Positions 13,672 to 26,427 are shown, counted from the whole stretch's first letter. The stretch: 63,948 bases of DNA, filler included, from Olpidium bornovanus S191 (GCA_017911155.1; 29 parts of 29 records of this genome joined end to end with filler, not necessarily neighbours in it), one strand, 5' to 3'. The notes: generated by a model from the sequence alone, not told the origin. A program made the numbers and translations.

Positions 13672-15660
13672 CATGAAATTCACGGTGAGGCTTTAAATAC
13701 CGGAAGTTACCTGGTTCTTTTTTTATCATTATCAAATTGCTTCGCGAACAAAAAAAAAATACCGATAATTTTGTTTTCGAACAAAGCTGGAAGGCGGTGC
13801 GTCTCTCAAGATCGAGCTGCTGGACGACGCCGTCCCGGTGGAACCGTCGACGACGACGACGACAAAACCAGAACCTTGCGAGCAATACGTCAACGTCTTT
13901 GTCACCGTGGAAGACACGGGAATAGGGTGCGATCGGTTTTGTATTATTTTTTGTCTTTTTTTTGTTCTTATTTTGTTTTGGATAAAAAACCGCCCTTTCT
14001 CTTAAAGTTTTCTGTCTTTTTGGGAGAAAGTGCCGAAGAGTCAACTGAAGATCAAGGATTGTTTTTCTCTTTTTCCATCTTCTCGACTTTCTGCCACCGC
14101 CGTAAAATTCCGGCGGACGCGATGGAACACCTCGGTCAGCGTTTCTACCGCGCGGAAGGGGGGAGATCGAAGTTGGCGGAGGTAAAAAGTATCAATTTCT
14201 TCCGAGGGTGGGCGCGCGCGCGCGGACCCCCGCCCCGCGCTGAAACGCGCTTCTACGCCAAAAAAAAAAAAATGCGAAAAAAAAAAAACAAACAAACAAA
14301 CAAGGGTACGGGCCTCGGACTGGCCATCTGCAGGGCCCTCGTCGAGAACATGCACAGCCAGATGACCGTCACGTCCGTCGTCGGCAGGGGCACCAAAACC
14401 TCGTTCCCGCTGAAACTGCCGCTAGCCCCGACCGGCGCGCTGCGGGGGAAGCCGCACACGCTCGAGCTGCTGGAACAGGCGCACGCAACGCTAGGTTCGC
14501 ACACCACGGACAACTGGAGGTGCATGCTCGTCGGCTCCAATAAACTCGCCCGAGACATTTTCATGCAGCATTTGCGCGGCCTGGGGGTTTCCGCGGCTGT
14601 CGACGCATCTCCCGACTTCGACATGTGGCGCACCACCGCCACTACCTCCGCTTCCGCCCCCGGCCCCGCCACCGCCCCCGTCGCTGGCGGCGCCGACCCG
14701 GGCGTCGCCCCCGCCGCCGCGCCCGCTGCCGGCCGGCGGTCGGCGTCACCGTTGACGGAAGCGGAAGCGGCAGCGGACAAGCTGAGGTCGATGGCCTTCT
14801 ACAGCGGCGCGCGGAAGAAAATTCGGGAGTTCGCTGACCGCGCCAGGGATGGCATCGCCATCCTCTTCGTCGACGAGATGTACGACCCCCAGTCCCTGGG
14901 GCTGACCTCGCTCAACGTGGTTGAGGCGCGCGACCGCGCCGAGCGGATGTTCGACAATAGCTTCGACCTGGACGACCCGTCGTCGAAATTCACGGGCGGC
15001 GGCGGCGATGGGGACGCCGGCCTGGGCGAGAAAACGCTGAACAGGCTGCTCGTTGTGCAGGTCAAGCTGAAGGCAAATCTGCAGGGTTCCCCTCGCAGCT
15101 GCATTTTCGGAAGCGGCAGCCCTGTCCGGCCGCTCTTTGCAGAATCGGTCACACTGCTCGAGTTCGAGGAGAAAAAGAGGGCGGGCTGGCGGGTGGAGAA
15201 GGCGAACGCGGGAGCCGCTTCCGGTTCCGCCGTTGGCGACAAGAACCCGGAAAAGGCCGCGGACGGCCCGCGCAGCCCGGCCGCCCTCTCCCCGGCGACG
15301 CGGTCGCCGGAACAACCGCTGCTGATGTCGCCTTTGTACTGGGCGGTGCTCGAGAAGCCCGTGACGCCTTGGGCGATCGTCAACACCGTCGCCGCCGCCT
15401 TGAATTACAAAGAGCGGGTGGAAAAGGCGGCCCGCGAGGAGCCGCCGGACGTTCCGTCCGCCGCCAAGACCTCCCCGAGTCGCGACGTCGATGGTACCTG
15501 CGAAAACGCGGCGGGCGTCGGCGAAGCGGCGGCCCAAGGGACTCACGCGGACGTCTCCGCGTGCATGAGGGGTCACATGCGCTCGGCTCCGTCCCTGTAC
15601 CAGCGATCGGAGGGCCGTCATTCGCCGTTTGCGGAGGTGTCCGTTCTCATGGTCGAGGTG
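13672..15660 (+). CDS. Hybrid two-component sensor histidine kinase (HATPase_c plus receiver-like region), internal fragment
   Basis: G1 box VTVEDTGIG|IP..; QRFYRAE; G2 box GTGLGLAICRALVENM..MTVTSVVGRGT; the downstream VLMVE resembles the start of a receiver domain. Confidence 0.88.
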
Positions 15661-15868
15661 AGGCGGACAACCTTACTCAAAATGCGGGGCGAGACATCGA
15701 CGGAGGGGGAAGAAGTTCGTATTTTTTGGTACCGTTTGACTAACCCGCAGTGTGTGTGTGTGCGTGCGNNNNNNNNNNNNNNNNNNNNNNNNNNNNNNNN
15801 NNNNNNNNNNNNTTAATTAATTAANNNNNNNNNNNNNNNNNNNNNNNNNNNNNNNNNNNNNNNNNNNN

Positions 15869-17137
15869 CATGATCTTTCGGCTCTCGCGATAATCACGGA
15901 TGAGAGAGTGAAGGGTGTCGCAGTGGGGCACCCAGCCGATTAGGCCCGAGTTGGGCGAGAGCGGGATGACGGCGTACCGCTGTATGCTCAGCTGCCGCTC
16001 GTACGTCTCCGGGTCGGTCTGGAGCAAGGTGTTGACCAGGCCGAACAACTGCATAACGCGCTCGTCTTGCCGGAGATCCTCGTGGCCTTGTTGCGCAAAC
16101 GCGACAATCCGGGGTAAACGGACGGGCACAGCTGGGGCGAAACGTCTTGCAACGGAAGAGGCGCCGCCGCCGTAGTACCTTTCAAAAGGAACTGGTACGT
16201 TTCGCCAGTACTGCCCTTGATGGACAATTTTCGTGGTCTTTGCTTCGAGGTAATGACTGTCAGCGTCGGCACAAACGATGCGATTTTGACTACCGGCTCG
16301 CCGCTGCGATAGCTCCCTGTAGAAAAGACGTGGGAATCAGCTAACTGTTTCCAGTGTGATATTACGACCACAAAAGATTGTTGGACTGCCGCGCCCACCC
16401 GGAACAGCCAGTTCTAAATCCTTAGCCGCCAGCAGCTTGGGAGATACATATTGAAACTCTAAGGTGGTGAGTTGCGGAAGTTGCTTCCGGATCTTTCTAA
16501 ATACCTGCCGGTCGCACAGTGAGAGGAGGCCGGAACCAGAAATCCGCGATGCCATAATATTTGAACAGTGCGATCCAAACGGGATATACCATATAATAGA
16601 GATCCCACGCCTGGTTAAGGTCATTGACGTCTCGCGACTGCTTATATTTGGCGCACCACTCTTTTGCGTCCAAGAGGTCGCGCCCGAATGCTTGGGTGAA
16701 CGAAATCTCGCGCAAAGTTTCCGGTCCCTGCGTCGTCCGCAAACGAACCAGGCGGGAACAGTGAAGGCTTCCCCCTCAGAAACAAGAACCGACAGACCCG
16801 CACTTCGGACCCAGGTCTTACCCGCTCGAGTACCTGGTGCAGCGGCTCGAGGGTGGCGTACATCCCCTTGATGTTGTGGTCCCCAAAGTACATCCTGGAC
16901 GCCTCCTCCAGACCCTCCTGCCACATCTCGTGCCAGAGGATGGCGACCCGGACGAGTTCGTGGCTGACCAGCTCTGCCTGCTCAACCAGCCGGGGACTGT
17001 GGATCCGCATCTTGTCCATGATGGCGATGGCCGAGTTCTGCCGTGATGCGCTCTGCGACTTCGACACCACTGTCAAGGGGTAAATTAGAGCCTGCGGGTG
17101 CTCGGCTCCCAATATGGTCAAAACCTGATGGATCGCC
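15869..17137 (-). CDS. TOR: TOR kinase, FAT-end/FRB/kinase fragment, spliced
   Basis: [11 protein letters not shown]; FRB domain [26 protein letters not shown]; [10 protein letters not shown]; [12 protein letters not shown]; [21 protein letters not shown]; [13 protein letters not shown]. Confidence 0.98.
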
Positions 17138-17237
17138 NNNNNNNNNNNNNNNNNNNNNNNNNNNNNNNNNNNNNNNNNNNNTTAATTAATTAANNNNNNN
17201 NNNNNNNNNNNNNNNNNNNNNNNNNNNNNNNNNNNNN

Positions 17238-17830
17238 CATGATGTCGAACGCTCGAGACTACATTCACAAAACCCCAACGCGTCGTTGGTGAACGGGTAT
17301 CATCGTTGCTTTCCAAGAAATGGGGCCGAGTTCGAGTTCCGGACGACGCACTTTCGCGGTCCACCGTCCTTCATCTTCTCACTTATCATCTGCCCCGCAC
17401 TGCAGGTTGTGCCATCGCCACGTTTTTTTCCGGTAATTGTCAGCGCTGCAACTCTATTCTTTCCTCCTTGGCGAGTTGCGCAATACAGGGGCGTGGGGAG
17501 GGGGGGGGGGGGGGGGGGGGGAACACGCGAGGGGGGCGCGGGGCTCTCGCGTCTCTGCATCGCGCGCCTCCTTTGTCGTCATCGGGTGTCGTCTTAACGG
17601 AGCTCGGGCCGACCGACCGCCGGTTGCACAGGACGGACGCACGACCACTTGGATCCGCCCCCGCTTCCTTTTTTTTTTTTTTTTTTTTTTCCTTTCTGTC
17701 GCTCGTCGGTTGAGACATGACGGGGGAGGGTATTGATCTACGCTGGGAGGTCTTTTTGCTGCCGGGTGCGGGGTAGCGGACGGGGTGGAAGGCCGGAGAT
17801 TTTTTTTTTTCTCGCCCGCCCGGAAAACTC
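17238..17830 (+). repeat. Dispersed duplicated segment, homologous in inverse orientation to 29840-30207 plus 30942-31155
   Basis: Shared blocks such as GCAACGATGATACCC.TTCACCAACGACGCGTTGGG, CCGCCGGTTGCACAGGA and TTTTTCTCGCCCGCCCGGAA occur at both loci. Confidence 0.9.
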
Positions 17831-18046
17831 GAGGGAGTTAAAAGAAAGACGGCCCACGTGGGAGGAGGCTTTCCCTGCCTGTGTCGGCAGGGGGGGGGGG
17901 GGGGGGGGGGGGGGGGCCCGCCAGTGGGAGGCGAAAGGAGGGGGCCTGGTTCACCGGGTGGGCGGGTGGACGTGCGTGCGGGGCGGGCCTGGGGAGAAGA
18001 CGACGACAACGACAGCAGCCCCCCTTTCCGCCCCCTTCCTCACCAC

Positions 18047-18099
<53 letters not shown>

Positions 18100-18755
18100 A
18101 CCCCCCCCCCCCCCCCCCCTTCCTTCCCCCCTTTTCCCACCCACCCACACACCCGCGCGCGCGCGCGTTCGGGAGAAACCCACGCGCCGGACGATATTTG
18201 TTTCATGTTCCACCTCATCCCGCGGACCGCCCCGCGAGGCCTACCTCGGAATGGCCCGGGCGACACACCGACACCCCTTCCCCCCTCCATCCTCCCGCTG
18301 CCGGATAAGGAAGCGGCGCGGCGCCTGACCGGCAGACGCTCCCCGCCGCCATCCTCCCTCACCCCTCGCGACGGAGCGGCGGCCGCGCCCGCGGGACGAA
18401 GGAAACAAGTCCGCCCATGACAAAAAATCAGATGTTGGTAAACGTGCGCGAATTCGGCGGCAACGTCGGTAAGTGCCCCCCCCCCTCCCCCACGTTTGGG
18501 TGCAGCGCGCCTCCCCCCTCCCCCCCCACCCCTTCCCGGAGCCGGGAGAGGACGAGGAGATAGGGCGTGCGTGAAGGGCGGGGGCGAGCGAGGGGCCGTT
18601 GCCAAAACCCGCGAGGTACCAGCGACGTAAATTCCGCCCTCACGCCCGANNNNNNNNNNNNNNNNNNNNNNNNNNNNNNNNNNNNNNNNNNNNTTAATTA
18701 ATTAANNNNNNNNNNNNNNNNNNNNNNNNNNNNNNNNNNNNNNNNNNNNAAGAGT

Positions 18756-18811
<56 letters not shown>

Positions 18812-18833
18812 CGGGGGGGGCCCCCCCCTCCCC

Positions 18834-18879
<46 letters not shown>

Positions 18880-19204
18880 CTTTCCCCCTCGCGCGCCAGA
18901 TACGCAAACTCTCTCTTCTTGCCCGACCGCCCAACATCGCCGCTCCGCTCCTCCCGCCCGTCCTCCGCACCCACGCCATCCTCCTCCCCCCGCCCGCCGC
19001 TGAAGGAGGTCGCCCGGCCTCCCCGCCCCCTCCCCCCCGCCCCGCCCCGCCCGCCCCGCCCGCCTTCTGCTGCATGCCCGAGTCCGCCGCCGTGGTGGGG
19101 TCCCGCGCACGCCGGCCGTTGCAAGGACTGAGCGAGAGGGACTGCACGAACCCTGAAGAAGAAAAATATACATATACATACACGACAGTGAACGAGAGGA
19201 AAAC

Positions 19205-19896
19205 ATGCCCGTCATCGACGGGGTCAAGTACGCTTGTCAGCAGTGTGTCAAGGGGTGAGGGTTCCCGAGTTCCCCTCCCAACCCCCCTCCTTCTCCGCCT
19301 TCCGGTTATGCCGTCCGCAGCCGTGCCCCCCTCTCTCTTTCCTGTCGGTGGGGTTGCGTGTACGTTTTATACCTTTGTGGGCGGACCACGCGTGTTGGCT
19401 CAACTCCGCTGCGCATCCTGCCTCCCCGGTTCCGCGTTTCACCCTCGCGGGCGGACCCGCAGCCACCGGACGTCGTCGTGTCGGCACTTCGATCGTGACC
19501 TGATTGAGATCAAGCGGAAGGGGAGGCCGCAGACGCAATGTGACTCGTGCCGGGACGCGCGGAAGTCCCGCTTGGTCCACCCGAAGTGCGTTTGCGGCAA
19601 GCCCGGCGACGCAGCGGGGAAGGCAGGACCGGTGACGGCTGCGGCGGCGGCCCGCCGGGTGCGTGAAGCGCAGCAGCAGCAGCAGCAGCAGCACCAGCAG
19701 CTACTGCTGCGCGACGGGCAGCGCGGCGCTTGCCAAACAACCCGACAGTCGCATCATTCGAAGCCGGCGGCCAGAGAGGACGAAGCGGCCCGAGCGGGCG
19801 GATTGAAACCGGTTAGCTGCCCTGCAGCGGCCTTACCCAGGTCTGCGAGCGTCCGGGATGTTGCCGGCGCTGGTTGTGCGGCCGCATGTGGCGCAG
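19205..19896 (+). CDS. Copper-fist DNA-binding transcription factor (Mac1/Ace1/Haa1/GRISEA family), first two exons
   Basis: MPVIDGVKYACQQCVKG|HRTSSCRHFDRDLIEIKRKGRPQTQCDSCRDARKSRLVHPKCVCG; intron 19255-19462; poly-Q tract follows. Confidence 0.95.
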
Positions 19897-20208
19897 GTAA
19901 GTGGGCTCTGCCAAATACCGAATACCAAAACCAAAAAAGGATTGACGGGCGACAGGTTTGCCGCTGACGTGTTGTGCGGTGTCTCGTCCCGTACATCTTT
20001 CGCTGCAATATAAGGACCCGCTTCCGCCGCTTTGTCGCTGCTGTTTGAAGCGGAATCACTCTCGCTATTGAACCCTCTAAGAGGTACGTGACAGAGCACA
20101 GTCATCCANNNNNNNNNNNNNNNNNNNNNNNNNNNNNNNNNNNNNNNNNNNNTTAATTAATTAANNNNNNNNNNNNNNNNNNNNNNNNNNNNNNNNNNNN
20201 NNNNNNNN

Positions 20209-20560
20209 GGACCAACGCCACTATGCGGAGCAAATTCCAATACGCTTTGGGATGATGGATGCAAACCACTTCAGCACGCCGGTGGAACAAGGAGCCTTGG
20301 AAGCTATGACGACCAATGATGAGGCATGCGACGCAGGACGCTACCCAGAGGCAGTCGGGTCCATCATGTGGATGGCCACAATGACAAGACCAGACCTAGC
20401 CTTTGCTGCAGCATTTCTCGCCTGTTTTACCTCTGCACCGACCAACCGCCACTGGGGCACCGCCAAAAGGGCGTTACGCTACATCAAAGGCACCATGGAT
20501 CATGGGATATGCTTCCGGGCGCAAGGTCCCGGCAAGATCACCGCCTTCTGCGATGCGGCG
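20209..20560 (+). mobile_element. Ty1/copia reverse transcriptase C-terminal remnant
   Basis: RYPEAVGSIMWMATMTRPDLAFAAAFLACFTSAPTNRHWGTAKRALRYIKGTMDHGI...ITAFCDA, truncated at the start of RNase H. Confidence 0.92.
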
Positions 20561-21807
20561 TCGGCGATGAAGCCGACGCCGCAAGCAGATCGAGTCCGAG
20601 CGGCAGAGAAGGCAGGGTCGGCTTCGGGCCCGCAGGGGGCTCTGGGCGATCCGGTTGGTAGGCGGGCTAGCGTGTCGCACTCAGACCGACGTCGATAGCT
20701 CTACAACGCGGCCTCGAACTCCTCTGCAGCCGGCGCTGCACGCGAAAGGACGAGGAAAAAAAGGAAAACAGAGAACAGCCGACGCTGCTCGACCCGTAGC
20801 GGCGGCCGACACCTCCGCTCGAACGGGACCAAAGGAGAATACGACGCTCGAACAAGCCCGACAGCTTTGTTTATTTCGAAGCAAGCGGATCGGCTATGGT
20901 AGGGTTTGGGTGGTTTGCGTTGCGTTCGACGTCGAGGTTTTTGCGTTGGGAGGAAAAAAAAAGGGGTGGTGAAACCAAAACACTTCGAACAAGTGGACGG
21001 CATCGCCGCACGTGACCCCGATAGGCAAAAGTAAAAGGCGGGCGCAAGCGAGCGAAATAATGCAAGACGGGCAAAAAGTGCAAAGGGCAAAATGCGGGGC
21101 GGAGAGGGGTCGGGTGGAGGAGGAACGAACGCGGGACTCGGCGGGGGCGCGTGGCGTGAAAGAACACAGGGCGCGCGAGTCGCGCCCCCATTCCTTTCCC
21201 CGGCCCGGTTGTGATCTACGTTTTTTTCCCTCGCCCCAAGAGAACGACCTAAAGGAAAAAAGGATTCAAAAACCCCCTCCCGGCGAGCAAAGGAAAAAAA
21301 AAAAAAAAAACTAAAAAAAAAACTCACACGCCGTGCCGGCGGTACCCCCACACCCTTTCCCGGCAACACTGCGGCCGCCCGCTGCGAGATATCGCCGGCG
21401 GCGGGTCGGGGACCGAGGACTCCCCCTCTCTGACCTGAGAATATATATGTATATATATAAACTACAGACAGCGGCTTTGCGGTTCACTTCGCTCCGGCTG
21501 TCTTTTGAGCGGCCCCCGCCCCCCCTCTCCACGTCGGTCCATGTGCGCGCGCCACTCCCCTCGCTGGTGGTTTTTTTTTTTTTTTTTTTTTCGGTTTTGA
21601 AGCCGCGCCCGAGGTGGGGGGGGTGGAGGAGAGGGGGAAGGGATTTTTCTGGTCCCGACGCCCGCACGCGCCAAACGCGCGCTTCCGTCCGACCACCCCC
21701 TTCCCCTCCTTTCCCCCAACCGCCACCACCGGCACAAAAAACCAACCTCCTTTTTTTTCTCTCTCTCCCCCTTTTTTTGGTTTTTTTGCGGAACCGTGAG
21801 GGGCGTC

Positions 21808-22906
21808 TTATCGCGCAGACGCCTTGTCTTTCTTGCCGCCTCCGATGGCGTTCTACCACCCGGGCGCGTTTGTGGGGGAAAAGAGAATAGGGAAGGATTG
21901 GGGGGAAGGGAGGGAAAGAAGGGACCGAGGTAGGAAGAAGGGGAAAAAGAGGAGAAGGACGGAAAGAAGGAATGAGAAAGAAAGAGTGAGACGCGGACAG
22001 ACGGAAGGCGGCGCGAAGGTGGGCGGGCGGTCGCTCGCTCGGTATTCAGAGCGGGCCCGTACGCCTCCTCCCCCCTCCCCCGTTGTCCACCCATCCCCAC
22101 GCAGGGACCCGTCTTCCTTATTTCCCATCCCACCGCGCCCTCCAACACCAAAAAAGGACACGAGATCAAGGAAGAACTCACTATTAGCTTCTTGGGTAGG
22201 AACTTCTGCATGTTGCTCTGAATGGTAGGGGCGAGGTTGCTCTTCTCCGAGTCGGACTTTTCGATCTGCGCCTTCTTCGCCGCGATCATCCTCTCCTGCT
22301 GCTGCTGCTGCTGCGGCGGCGGCTTCGCGGCTGCGGCGGCGGCTGCGGCGGCTGCAAAGGCGTCGTTCTCCTCCGGCGGCGGCGGCGCCGCATCCGTCGG
22401 GGAGGCGGGGGCGACGGCGGCGGCCAGGACGTTGCTGGTGATGAAGGGGTGCCGCAGCGCGCCGCGCACGGGGATGCGGTTGGCCGGGTTGACGACCAGC
22501 ATCTTGCGGATGAAGTCCTTGGCCTCGCGGGACACGCTGTCCCAGTGCGGGGAGTCGAAGTGGTAGTCGCCGCGCATGATCTGCTGAAACAGCTCGACGT
22601 CGTTCTCGTCGTAAAACGGGGGATAGCCGCATAGCCTTTTTTGGTTTTTTTTTTTTTTTTTCATCGGGTGGGGGTTTGGAGGAAGGAAGGGGGGGTTTGC
22701 ACGTGTGGGCGGAAGGAAAATTAAGAAAACGACCTGCTTGCAGAGAAAAAAAGAGAGAGAGAAGACTAAAAACAAAAAAGAGAAAACAAAAAAAAAATTT
22801 AAAAGAAGAAGAAAGAAAACCGCCACGCACAGGATGTACGTGATCACCCCGATCGACCATATGTCGACCTCGGGACCGTAGCCCTGCCTCTTGAGCACTT
22901 CCGGGG
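21808..22906 (-). CDS. CaMK1-like Ser/Thr protein kinase, 3' exons
   Basis: APEVLKRQGYGPEVDIWSIGVITYIL|LCGYPPFYDENDVELFQQIMRGDYHFDSPHWDSVSREAKDFIRKMLVVNP..RHPFI; probable last exon NAIGGGKKDKASAR*. Confidence 0.92.
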
Positions 22907-23286
22907 CTAGCGGCGGGCGGCGTCGTTTATTTTTTTTAATTTTTTTTTTTCCGTTTGCGGCGGCACGGGGGAGGAGAGGGCGGTGGAGTCGGTGGAGGCG
23001 GGGAGGGGGGGGAGGCGTCGTTGTTTGGCGGTCGGGTCGGGGTCGGGGTCGAAGGTCAAGTCGGGGTCGGTGTGAAAACGGCGAGCGGCGGGTAGGGACG
23101 GAGAGGGATTGCGTGTGGCGGAAGAATTTTTATCTCCCGACGGCCCCGCCCGCTCGCCCGCCCGCCTCCCTCCCTCCCACTCCCCANNNNNNNNNNNNNN
23201 NNNNNNNNNNNNNNNNNNNNNNNNNNNNNNTTAATTAATTAANNNNNNNNNNNNNNNNNNNNNNNNNNNNNNNNNNNNNNNNNNNN

Positions 23287-25104
23287 CATGGAGTAAGAGC
23301 AGCGTCCGTTGAGATTGCGTTGCAGCCTTCATAGGGATTGAGCAAATACGGACCGCGCTGACAGTCACAAGTTCAGGTAGGTTTGAGAAAATGATTTCAA
23401 CTTGTTTGGTCTGGAGTATTTGCCGGTCGAGGAGCGGCTTTTGAAACAACTGGACATTTTCCCAGGGATCAAGTAGCAACATGTACGCGTCAGAAACCGT
23501 TGACAGTCTTCCCGAATGCGTAAAAAATACTCCATAGATCTGCGTACGTCCATTATAATGAGCAAATCTCGAAGGTAGTCCTTTTCGGTGACCAGTACCT
23601 CCCAAATCACCGTTTGTCGTTGTCTTTCGGCAGGCTTCAGGAATTTGATCCGTTCGTCAGGTAGCCCATCGCACCAAGCTTGCTGCTTATAATGCGCGAT
23701 TGATTTCAGCTCCTCCGATTCGTAAACAGTGATTCGGTTGATTGACTCTGAAATTGGTGCCTGCGGGGAGAGAACGGCCGCGGCTTTATCGTCCGACGTT
23801 ACTGTCGAAAGACGCTGCGGCCCTACTGATAAAGACCGCTGAAGGGCGGCGCGGACTCCAACGCGGCCACCGTTTTCCGGAAGGGGTAAAACCGGCGTCG
23901 ACAGCCGTTTGGCCAGGACCGTAGAAAGCAGAGGTTGTTTCTCAGATTTTGGGGACTTGATGGCTTCCTGTTTTCTCCCTGCATCGTCGGTGGCCAGCTC
24001 ACTTTCTGGCGAATTTGATGTGAGCTTTCCGCCGCTGATTACAGGAGATACGGTGGCCGATTGCGGTCGAATGCGCGAAGGCGAGGAACTGCTGCGTTTG
24101 CGTTCCGGGACTCCGGCGAAGCTCACTCTATTGGTCACCGGGCTGGATGGCACTGATCTGGGTTCGGCATTTGAAAGAGATGATTTCTTCACGAAGCGTT
24201 TTAACCACGCTGATCCACCGCGCTTTTTCTCGATAGCTTCGTCTTTGCATTTCCCCTCCGACGGCGGTTCCGGCTCAGCTGCCGGCTCAATTTTCGGTTC
24301 GGCCGATCTGTCAAGCACCACAAAGCTTGCTGGAAACCAACCTTGCTTAGGTTCCTTAGTGTCTGCGTCCACGATGCCACGCCACCAGCCTCCCTCCGGA
24401 GCAGCTACAACGATGATGGTTGCTCCAGCGTAAAATTGAAGTTCATCCGCTTTCTCGGCGATGTACGAATACCGGGAAGTCACTTTGGTCCCGGCGGGAA
24501 CCGTCGCCGACAGATCTTCAGAGGGACTTGGAAGCTCCTCAGCGGGCGATGCAAGAATTTCATTCTGGATCGCGAGAGGAGGCGGGGGCGGCGGCGCACC
24601 CAGAGCAACCGTCGGGAATGGCACTGAAGCGAGCTCGGCCGGGGCGACCGGGACAGTGTAACCTTCGCCCTCGACTTCAACACACGAAGCAGGAAACCAC
24701 CCTTGTGTCCCGTTCTTCTGCGTGAAGTCTCGGTTTACGCCTCTCCACCACCCGACGTCGTCTCTCCGCTCCAGCAGAGCGACTAGCTCGCCTTCCTCAA
24801 GTGAGAGCTCGTCTACAGCAGTTCCGCCGTGGGCGACCATGGCTCTCAGCATGGTTCCGGGGGCCGCAGCTGCTTTTTTTGCGTCAGCATCCGCTGAAAA
24901 GTTTGAGTTGGTTATTGAAACGTCGGGCACAGCAGCCAAGAACGCCTGCGAGGCGGAACCCGTTCTGTCGAGGCTCTCCACAGAAGCCTGCGAAGACGCC
25001 AGCGAGAGCTTGCTCGGAGTGTATCCCGCTGGCTGTCTTAGAACATGCTGAGAGAGCACTGGCCTCCCCTTCGGCTGTCCTGGACTTGTTGAGCGCTCCT
25101 GCAT
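23287..25104 (-). CDS. Dbl-family RhoGEF with two N-terminal SH3 domains, 3' truncated
   Basis: SH3-1 ELSLEEGELVALLERRDDVGWWRG...GWFPASCV; SH3-2 ELQFYAGATIIVVAAPEGGWWRG..GWFPASFV; DH start ERQRQTVIWEVLVTEKDYLRDL|..IFSNLPEL. The start codon is inferred. Confidence 0.9.
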
Positions 25105-25780
25105 GTTGTGGTCTTCTTCCGTCCTCGGAGAAAAACTGGGATGCTTCTGCGTATGGGGCGAATGGGATGGAACGCTGCCGATGCTGCCAACGTCGGGCCG
25201 GCAGAGCCACCGCCGCAGGCGGACGGACAGTGCGCTCCAAAGAACCGTGCACGTGGCGTTGGTCGTTCTGCCTACGTCGCGCGCTTGCTTTCCGTTTTTC
25301 CTCCCGACGGGGCCGATGGCGACGGGAGGAGCGCCCGTTTGCCGACAGTCGCCACGGCGACCCCGCGTCGCCAACGTGACGACAAAGGTCACGTGATTAA
25401 CCCCCCTCCCCTCCTCCGCCTTTCCCTTACCCTCTCCCTCCCCGCCGCCCCGGCAACCGCAGCGCCCCTCCCCGTCCGCTCCGTCCCAGCCTGGCCCCGG
25501 TCCTCTGCGTGGCAAGGAGTGCGCGTACTTCCGAGAACGTACCTAGAGCTCCGATCCTGCGGTTCGTACGGCGCGCGAATCATCCCTGTGGAATCGCCCT
25601 CCCGGCGAAACGCGTCTCCGGCAGATGCGCGCCATCTGAGGACGTCCCGCACGTCGCTTTTCTGTGTGCTAAAAAGATCAACGCAGCACAGCTCGACCGC
25701 GGCGTTGTGATGATGACAGTGGGCCCTAAGCCACCGACGTGGGGGTAGGGGACAACGGCGCCGCCACCGCCGCCGCTGTC

Positions 25781-25849
25781 ACCGTCGGCTTGCAATGCCT
25801 GTGACCGTCGGCTTGCAATGCCTGTGACCGTCGGCTTGCAATGCCTGTC
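25781..25849. repeat. 23-bp tandem repeat, 3 copies
   Basis: ACCGTCGGCTTGCAATGCCTGTG three times, near-perfect, between the divergent RhoGEF and SZT2 genes. Confidence 0.95.
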
Positions 25850-26427
25850 ACTGTCAACCGCCCGTCGCAGCCCTTCGGCTGCCGCAGACACTTTTGCCTG
25901 CCGTCGACTTGTAAAAAAGGCCCGTGCCCCGTCGACGCCATCATTTGGTTCGGGCCTGCGTCGGGTTTGGGGGCCGTCAGGCGCTGAGCGATCTGCGCGT
26001 GTGCGTGTGCGTGTGTGCGTGTGAGTGCGAGTGTGTGCGAGGGAGGAGCGGTAGCCGCGCCGATCGACCGCCGCAGGAAAGGAAAAAAAAAAAAAAAAAA
26101 AAAAAAAACACAAGGCGGCTGGCGTCGTCCCGCCAACTTCCCCCATCCACCCCGCTGGTCGGGAATTCCGTCGTCGACGCGGACCGGAGTGACAAGCGCT
26201 CCCCACGTCGGGAAGCAAGGGTTTGGACAGCGGACTTTGTCGACCGTGCCGACGAGAACCCCGCTGAGTTGATCTGAACAGGGGCCCGGCGAAAGCGCCG
26301 CCTTTTGCCGTCCGCGCATCGGCCTCGCGTTGCCCTCGTCTGTCGCGACCAAGGTCCCAAACCAGTGTGGCCGCGGTTGGTGGGCTCCTGCGCGAACCAG
26401 ACCGTCCCGACTTCCCGGACTCCTCTG

